Assembly (NCBI RefSeq): GCF_016432865.1
Contig: NC_067401.1
Location: 112,654,001-112,718,000 of the forward strand
Direction of reading: 5' to 3'
DNA from: Antechinus flavipes
Lineage: Eukaryota
Length of the DNA: 64,000 nt
A program made the translations under genes and the position numbers. The notes beneath the pieces are model-generated. The model did no database searches. It had not been told where the DNA came from and saw only the letters and a program-made list of their open reading frames with translations. The stretch's first letter is position 1. Each line of letters begins with the position of its first letter. Positions 56,601 through 64,000 of the stretch are shown here, piece after piece.

Positions 56601-57968
56601 ACAGGATATTGGACGCTCCTGGTCCTTGGACCAGTGCCCTGTAACTGTCCATAGCAGTGCCTTATTGAGGGGAAAAAGAAGGGGACCTCTCTGGGAATTT
56701 TTCAAATAAGGGCCTCTCTAGAATTCTTTAGAACACAGTACTTTTTCAACTCACCAAGAGCGAGCTGAATTAGGACTTTTTGAAGGACTGCGGTGGGGGA
56801 GATTGGAGTAAATTGGAAAGTGAGGGATTTGGAGGAAAAGCTGGTTGGATGCTGGGGGGTTTGCATATGCAGGTTCAGGGGAGGGGGGCTGTCTGGACCT
56901 GGAACGGTGCATGAGACGGGGAAAGTGAGGTTTGACATTTGTTTGCAGGGGAAAAGAGGGCTAAATTAATTGTGCAGAACTGATGCTGCGCTGATGGGTG
57001 GGCGTGCCCTTAGCCGAAGTTCACCACGGGAAACTCAATACCTCGGGATATACACAACAGACCTAGGCTTCTCAGCCCCACCTCCAGGGCTTTTATAAAC
57101 CTCAGCCCATCCCTACTTTTGCTGGAGGCAAAGCGGAGAGTGAGTATCAAACCTACTACAGATGCCCGTTTGGGGTGGGGTGCCGGAGGGTTCCTTTTTC
57201 CCCAGGGAAAAGATGTGTCCTCCCCCCAGTCCTGGAACTGAACTTTCAGGAAGTAACTTTGGGTCAGGGGGTGGGGAAACTAGTCCAGGAAGGGAATGAA
57301 CTGGTTGGAGGAGTGTTAGATGGAAGTTAGGGAGGATTTGGAATTTCCCTTTTTCTCTCTCCTCTTTGAACCAAACTGTGGGGACCGTAAGAAGATTGTT
57401 AGTTCCTGCTTCCTACTCTGTAGCTTAAAAGATGGGAGGAGCCCGTAGCCTGGACCTATTACCGTTAGCTTAACTTTGGAACTGTCTGTATTTTGGAGAG
57501 GGTGCTTATCTTCCTGCCCTATTTCCCATGGGGCGGGTTTTGAAGGACACAGATTGTGGTGTGGAATACAGATTCTGGGTCCCTTAGTGGATGGAGTGGT
57601 AAGAGGGCATCTCTGAACTACCCTGACACCCCACCCCACCCCACTGCATTTTAAGGCATTTTAAATAACCCTGTGTATCTGGGTGCCAGATTCCAGACAG
57701 GCTGCCAGCCTGATTGCCCACAAAGGGAGATATCCCCTTCCCCATAAAAGAACCCCACAGGAAAGCTCCCCAGCCCGGGACTCCTCACAGAGATGAGAAC
57801 AGATCTTCTCTTTCTAGAGTTCTAGAATATATAACACAGCTGGGGGAAGGAGTAAGTAATACCTGTGCAGTGTTCCTCCTAGAAGTTACTTTTGGATATT
57901 CCTTTCTCCTAACCAGCTTTAGATCCACTGTTAATTCAAGAACAAGCTTTCCCATCTTAGCCTACTTC

Positions 57969-58121
57969 ATGGCTGCTGAGCCACTCACAGAGCTGGAGAC
58001 AGCTATTGAGACAGTGGTGAAGACCTTCTTCACCTTTGCTGTTCGAGAGGGAAAGAAAGGCAGCCTCAGTGTCAATGAATTTAAGGATCTGGCCACTCAG
58101 CAGCTGCCTCACCTCCTCAAG
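57969..58121 (+). CDS. S100A13: Protein S100-A13, first coding exon (51 aa); second coding exon not in window
   Basis: MAAEPLTELETAIETVVKTFFTFAVREGKKGSLSVNEFKDLATQQLPHLLK|GTAATT; acceptor CCTAACCAG at 57916; divergent from S100A1 as in human. Confidence 0.93.
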
Positions 58122-59799
58122 GTAATTGGGATCCCAAGGGAACCTGGGAGGAGGCTGTGACAGAGAAAAGGTAGTTCCTGATGGGGGTGATGGGCTGCAT
58201 GGATGTGATTTTGTAGGCCACTTTGTGGGTGTGGAAGTGTGTTTGTGAGTGTGATTGTGTTACAGCTTGTGCTCGCAATATATAACTCTGGAAGGCAATT
58301 GAACAAAGCAGTGTATGTGTTTGTTTTCTTGGCCTCTGCCCAGGGTGATCCCATGATTTCATACTAGACTGGAAGCTGTCTCCAAGGACATAGATTTGCA
58401 AATAGTCACTTAGGGAATGGTCGGGGCACAGGGAGTTTAAGTGACTTGCCTATGGTCACACAGCTAGTATGGGTCAGAATTGGGACTTGAGCCTTGATCC
58501 TTACATGCCATGTTGCTTCTTACTTAGGTTTGGATGAATGAAGTCTTGTGATTTTATGCAGTTGTCTTAGTGTGATGGAGTGTGAGCCCATGACTATCAC
58601 TCCAATGAGATTTAACGCTGTGCATTAGCAAGACTTTTTTTTCTTCCTGACTAGACCATAAATTCTTTGAGAGTGGAAATTATGTCTTATATGTACTTTA
58701 AAAAATCTCCATATGGGGTAGAATGATGCTGGACATTTGGTAAGTACTCTATAAATACTTAAAATCCTAGAATGTTTGATCCAGAAAGAACCTTCATTAT
58801 AATTTAATGCAAGTTTTTTATTTTATAGATGAGGACACAAGACACAAGTATTTTCCCAAGGCCATATAGCTAAATCTTAGAGATAGTATATCCCAAACAG
58901 AATTGTCTTTATAATATTCCTAACAGATGAGCCATCAAAACAGAATACTTGTTAATCAATAACCAACATTTATATGTAAGGTAATTTTTATATGTAATAT
59001 AATTATAATATAATGTATGGCAGGCACTGGGCTAAGAATTGTCACATCTAGTGATAAGGAGCTCATTATTTTGAATTGCATTATAGAATTTAAAAAATTA
59101 TAACATTTAAAAAAATGGACATTTTCACATATATAGTAGAAAAGAAAAAGAGAGTATTGTATATCACCACAGAATCTTAGTTTCAACTTATCTGTGCTAT
59201 CTTTTTGCATCCTAATTATGTTAGACAACTTATTAGGTATTCTTCCTAGTCTCATCCATCATCTGTAATTTGATAGGCATGGTTTCTGTGTATCCAAGTT
59301 GTTTACAAAAAAAAAAATGAGCTGATGATGGGGCTGGAAACATGTTGATAGATAGTTTCTATACTGATATTGATCAATCAACAGTCTTTGGGCACAGCTG
59401 TTCAACTTACTGTCAATCTAACTAGTTCTCTTCTAGCATAAGGATGGCATAAGAGGTTTTATAAAATGCCTGTCTAGATGAAATCTGGGTTTCTTACATC
59501 ATCCTCATTCCCCTGAGTTTAGTAACTGCTTAACAACAACAAAAAAATAGTAAGGTTAGGGGTGTGTGTGTTTTACTGGACTTATGATTTCAATAGTATA
59601 GAAATTCCCTCCTTCTTATAAGAAGGTACATAAGCAACTTTTCAACAATTTAATCTTAAAAAGTGACATGAGGCATTTTGAGGTTAAATGGCTTGCCTAA
59701 GGTCACGTAACAACCAATACATGTTAGAACAATTTGAATCCCCAACTGCAGATGTTGCTCTATTATAGTATGCAGGCATTTTTCTCAAAGATAGGGTTA

Positions 59800-60027
59800 T
59801 TCCAAATGAAATAACAGACAACTATTTGAAAGAGAACATACATACACAGATACACAACTAGATGAAGTCAGGAAGACCTCAGAAACTTTCAAACCATGTA
59901 ACCTTGGGCTACTGTTTGCCATGGGAGAAGGAAATGGTGAACCGTTCCAATATCTTTGCCAAAAAAACCCTAGACAGAGGTCTGTGGAATCACAAAGAGT
60001 TGCACTGAACTGAAACAACAACAACAT
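59800..60027 (-). mobile_element. MAR1-type SINE
   Basis: Reverse complement of GAAGGAAATGG...CCAATATCTTTGCCAA...ACAACAACAA tail. Confidence 0.65.
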
Positions 60028-60049
60028 ACAAATATAGGTACTACAGAGA

Positions 60050-63000
60050 CATATATGTTTACATATGTGTATTTATATTTACACATATATTTGTGTGTTT
60101 ATGCATATATATTTATCTCAGGTAGGAAGGAAGAAAAAGAATGTGGTGAGGATATCTTTAAAATTTTTAAATCTTCTTTTTCTCAATTACATTTAGAAAC
60201 AATTTTAACATTCTTTTTAAAATTAAATTTTGGATTCCAAATTCCTTCCCATAATCCCTTCTTACAGAGAAAGTAAGCAATTAGAGATTAAACATATGCA
60301 ATTATATAAAATATATTTCCATATTAGTTATATTATGGTAAAACCCACAGACTCTCTTTTCCAAAAAACATCCAAAAAATAAAGTTAAAAAAAAAAGTAT
60401 GCTTCAATCTGCTGTCAGACTTCATCAGTTCTTTCTCTGGAGGTGGATAGCATTTTTCATCATGATTCCTTCAGAATTGTCTTAAATCTTTGTGTTGTTG
60501 AGAATAGTCAAATCACTTATAGTTGATCATCTTACGATATTGCTGTTATTGTGTACCATGTTCTCCTAATCCTGCTCACTTTACTTTGGATCATTTCATG
60601 TAAGACTTTCCAGGTTTTTCTGAAACCCTCCTGCTTATTGTTTCTTCTTTTTTTCCCCCTCAATAGTATTTTATTTCCCCAAATATGTATGAAGATAGTT
60701 TTCAACATTCATTTTTGTAAGATTTTGTGTTCCAAATTTTTTCTCACTCCCTTCCTTACCTCCTCTTTCCTCGAGACAGGAAGCAATCTGATATAGGTTA
60801 ATATACGTACAATTCTTTTAAACACATTTCCATATTTGTCATGTTGTTCAAGAAAAATCAGACCAAAAGTGGAAAAAAACCATAAGAAAGAAAGAGGGGA
60901 AAAAAAGTGAAAATATTATGTTTTGATCCATATTCAGTTTACATTTTTCTCCCTCTGGAGGGGGATTGCATTTCCTATTTCATCTCTATTGGAATTGTTT
61001 TGGTTCACTTCCAAATTGGCTGAACTTCCAATTGGAATTGATGAGAAGAGCTAAGTCTATCATAGTTGACATAATAACATAATCTTTGATGTTATTGTGC
61101 CCAATGTTCTGCTTCAGTTTATTTCATTCAGCATCAGTGCATGTTAAGTCTTTTCAGGGTTTTCTGAAATCAGTCTGTTCATTATTTTTTATAGAATAAT
61201 AATATAACACTACATTGATATATCATAATTTATTTATATGTCATAATTTACATTTGATGGGCATCCACTCAATTTCTAATTTCTTGCCTGCTACAAATAT
61301 TTTTGCACATGTGGGTTCTTTTCCCTCCTTTATGATCTTTTGGATATAGACCCAATAGTGACACTACTAGGTCAAAGGGTATGCACAGTTTTATAGTCTT
61401 TGGGGAATAGTTCTAAATTGCTCTTCAGAATGGCTAGATCATTTCACAACTCATTTAATTAATGTTTCAGTTTTCCCACATTCCCTCCAACATTTATCAT
61501 TATTTTTTCTTTTCATCTTAGCCTATTTTATAGATGTGACATAGTATCTCTGAGTTATTTTAATTTGCATTTCTCTATCAATAGTGATTTAGCTGCTCAT
61601 AATTTTTTATAGCATGATAGTATTCAATTTTAATCATGTATTACAATTTGTTCAGCCATTTGTCAATTAATGGGCCTTCCCTCAATTTCCAATTCTTTGC
61701 CAGTAGAGATGCTATTAAGGTTTTATTCCTTTTTTAAAAATCTCTTTGGAATACAGACCTAGTAGTGGTATTAATGTGTCATAGAGTGTGCACAATTTGG
61801 TAGCCTTTTGGGCATAGTCCTAAATTGCTCTCCAGAATGGTTGAATCAGTTCACAACTCCATTAATAGTATATAATGTCCCAATTTTCTCACATCCCTTC
61901 CAATATTTGTTATTTTTTCCTGGTTATATTAACCAATCTGATAGATATAAGGTGGTACCTCAGAGTTGTTTTAATTTTCATTTCTCTAATCAATAAAGGT
62001 ATATATGCATGTATGTATATATCTATCTGTCTTTGATTGAAAACTGTTTGTTCTATTTAACATATATTGGATTACTTGCCATCTAGGGGAGGGAGTGGTG
62101 GAGGAAGGGAAAGAAAATTTGGAACACAAGGTTTTGCTAAGGTCAATGTTGAAAAATTATCCATGCATATGTTTTGAAAACAAAAAAAACTAATAAAAAA
62201 AAAGAGTAAAAAAGAAAACTTGATAGAATCTGAAAAAAAAAAAAACTTTTGTTCATATCCTTTGACCATTTATCCATTGGAGAATAGCTTATATTTTTAT
62301 AAATTTGACTCAGTTGTCTATATATTTGAGAGATGAGGCCTTTCTCAGAGAAACTTGCTATAAATCTTCCCTTCTTCCCCTCCCCCCAGTTTTATGCTTT
62401 CCTTCTAATCTTGGCTGAATTTCTTTGCTTGTGCAAAACCTTTTTAATTTAATGTAAACAAAATCATCCATTTTACATCCCATATGTATCTCTATCTCTT
62501 CTTTGGTCACAAATTCTTCCCTTAACTATAGATCTGACAAGTAGACTGTTCCAAGATCCCCTAATTTATTCATGATATCAGCCTTTATGTCTAAATCATA
62601 TATCTGTTGTGACCTTATTCATTCTCCCTTCAATCAGTCCTCATCTTTCCCCCTTTCTCTTATTGCTTTCTCCTCCTACTTTCCTATAGGGTAAAATAGG
62701 TTTCTATACCTCACTGAGTGTGCATATTATTCCCTCCTTGAGCCAATTCCAATGAAAGAAGAGTTCCAGTATTCTTCCCCTACCTTTTCCATCTTCTCTT
62801 CCATTGTAAAAGCCTTTTTTTTGTGTGTGTCTTTTTTATTTGAGATAGTTTATCCCATTTTACTTTTCTCTTGCCCCTTCTCTCAGTGCATTCCTCTTTT
62901 TCACTCCTTAAATCTTTTTGTATCATTTAATCATATTTAACTCACACCTGCACTCTCTATGTATACTTCTAATTTCCCTAATAAAGAGAAAGTATCATCT

Positions 63001-63900
63001 TTCCATGTAGGAATGTAAATCATTTAACTTTATTGAATCCCGTATGATCAGTTGTTTGTTATTCCAGTGAGATATTTCACATTTTTTTCTATTTTTCATT
63101 CTTTTGATTTTGTTTATTTATTTTTTTTTTGATGTCTCTTAGAATCATTAGCTTTCATTTGCCCAATTCTAGTTTTTATGGAATTATTTCCGTCAATGAG
63201 CTTTTGTACTTACTCTTCCATTTGGCCAATTCTACTTTAAAAGAAATTATTCTATTCAGTGCATTTTTTTTTTTTGCCTCTTTTCTAATTTGTTCTATTC
63301 TGCTTTTTAAAGTATTTTTTTCTTCAGTATTTTTGCCCCTCTGATACTAATCTGTGGGTTCTTTTTTCATGATTTTCTTGCATCAGTTCCATTTCTTTCC
63401 CCAATTTTTCCTCTACCTGTCTTATTTGACTTTTAAAATCCTTTTAAAACTCTTTCAGGAATTCTTTTTGGGTTTCATACCAATTTACATTTTTTTTGAG
63501 GCTCTAAATATATCTTCTTTTAAGTTTGGGTTTTGATCTTCCCTGTCACCACAGTAACTTTCTATGGTTGGGTTTTTGTTGTTATCGTTGTTGTTGTTTG
63601 CTCATTTTCCCAGTCTACTTCTTGACTTTAACTCTATGTTAAAATGAGACTTTGTTCCTGGGGGAGAGAGGGCACTATCCTGAATTTCAGTCTTTTCTTG
63701 ACTCTGCTCTCAGAGATAGTTCTTGGAGTTTATAAATTTTTAGTTCTTCTAAAATGATGTGATTTAAGGTAAGATATGGTCACTGCTCTCCTGGCTTGTG
63801 CTCCAGTTTGTGAGCACCACAAGCATTCTTTCCCACCTTCGAATGGTGAATAGAGAATCCCTGGCTCTCCTGTACCTCCAAGCTCCGGTGTGCTAGTGCT
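60050..63900 (-). mobile_element. Stack of LINE-1 fragments in S100A13 intron, with a nested plus-strand L1 3' end at 62054-62241
   Basis: L1 antisense text (CTCCAGAATGGTTGAATCAGTTCACAACTCC, TTGTTCATATCCTTTGACCATTTATC); nested insert flanked by AAAACTGTTTGTTC / AAAACTTTTGTTC. Confidence 0.7.
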
Positions 63901-64000
63901 TCTAGCCATCCAAGACTCTTCCAAGTTGGCTCTGCCATAAATGCTATTTTGATCCTCATTTTACACTTAAGGAGTCTGAGGCAAACAGAGGTGTTAAGTG

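Noticed and set aside
58122-64000. Search for the S100A13 second coding exon and for S100A14
   Set aside because: No D.N.D..L.F.EYW-type exon seen; the region is mostly SINE/L1, so these are probably beyond the window.

Overview
Vertebrate genomic DNA, almost certainly from an Australian marsupial (WSINE1-type and MAR1-type SINEs, marsupial L1 tails), syntenic to human 1q21.3. Gene order: NPR1 (minus, exons 1-4 only, continues off the left edge), tRNA-iMet(CAT) (minus) head-to-head with ILF2 (plus, 14 exons, 390 aa), SNAPIN (minus, 4 exons, 136 aa) tail-to-tail with ILF2, a ~22 kb repeat-rich interval with a 141-N gap, CHTOP (minus, 5 coding exons, 247/248 aa), S100A1 (minus, 94 aa) and the first coding exon of S100A13 (plus). 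Exon boundaries were read by hand from GT/AG sites and frame. Family names and human comparisons are from memory, not database searches. The most interesting unexplained structure is in the CHTOP introns: a candidate 84-nt in-frame cassette exon whose donor sits in a hairpin closed by an RBFOX motif, and a candidate stop-containing terminal exon whose poly(A) signals overlap the exon-3 acceptor region. Also notable: ligand-site and dimer-interface substitutions in NPR1, a Tigger1-like transposon, and weak S100-like relics. No CRISPR or prokaryotic systems.
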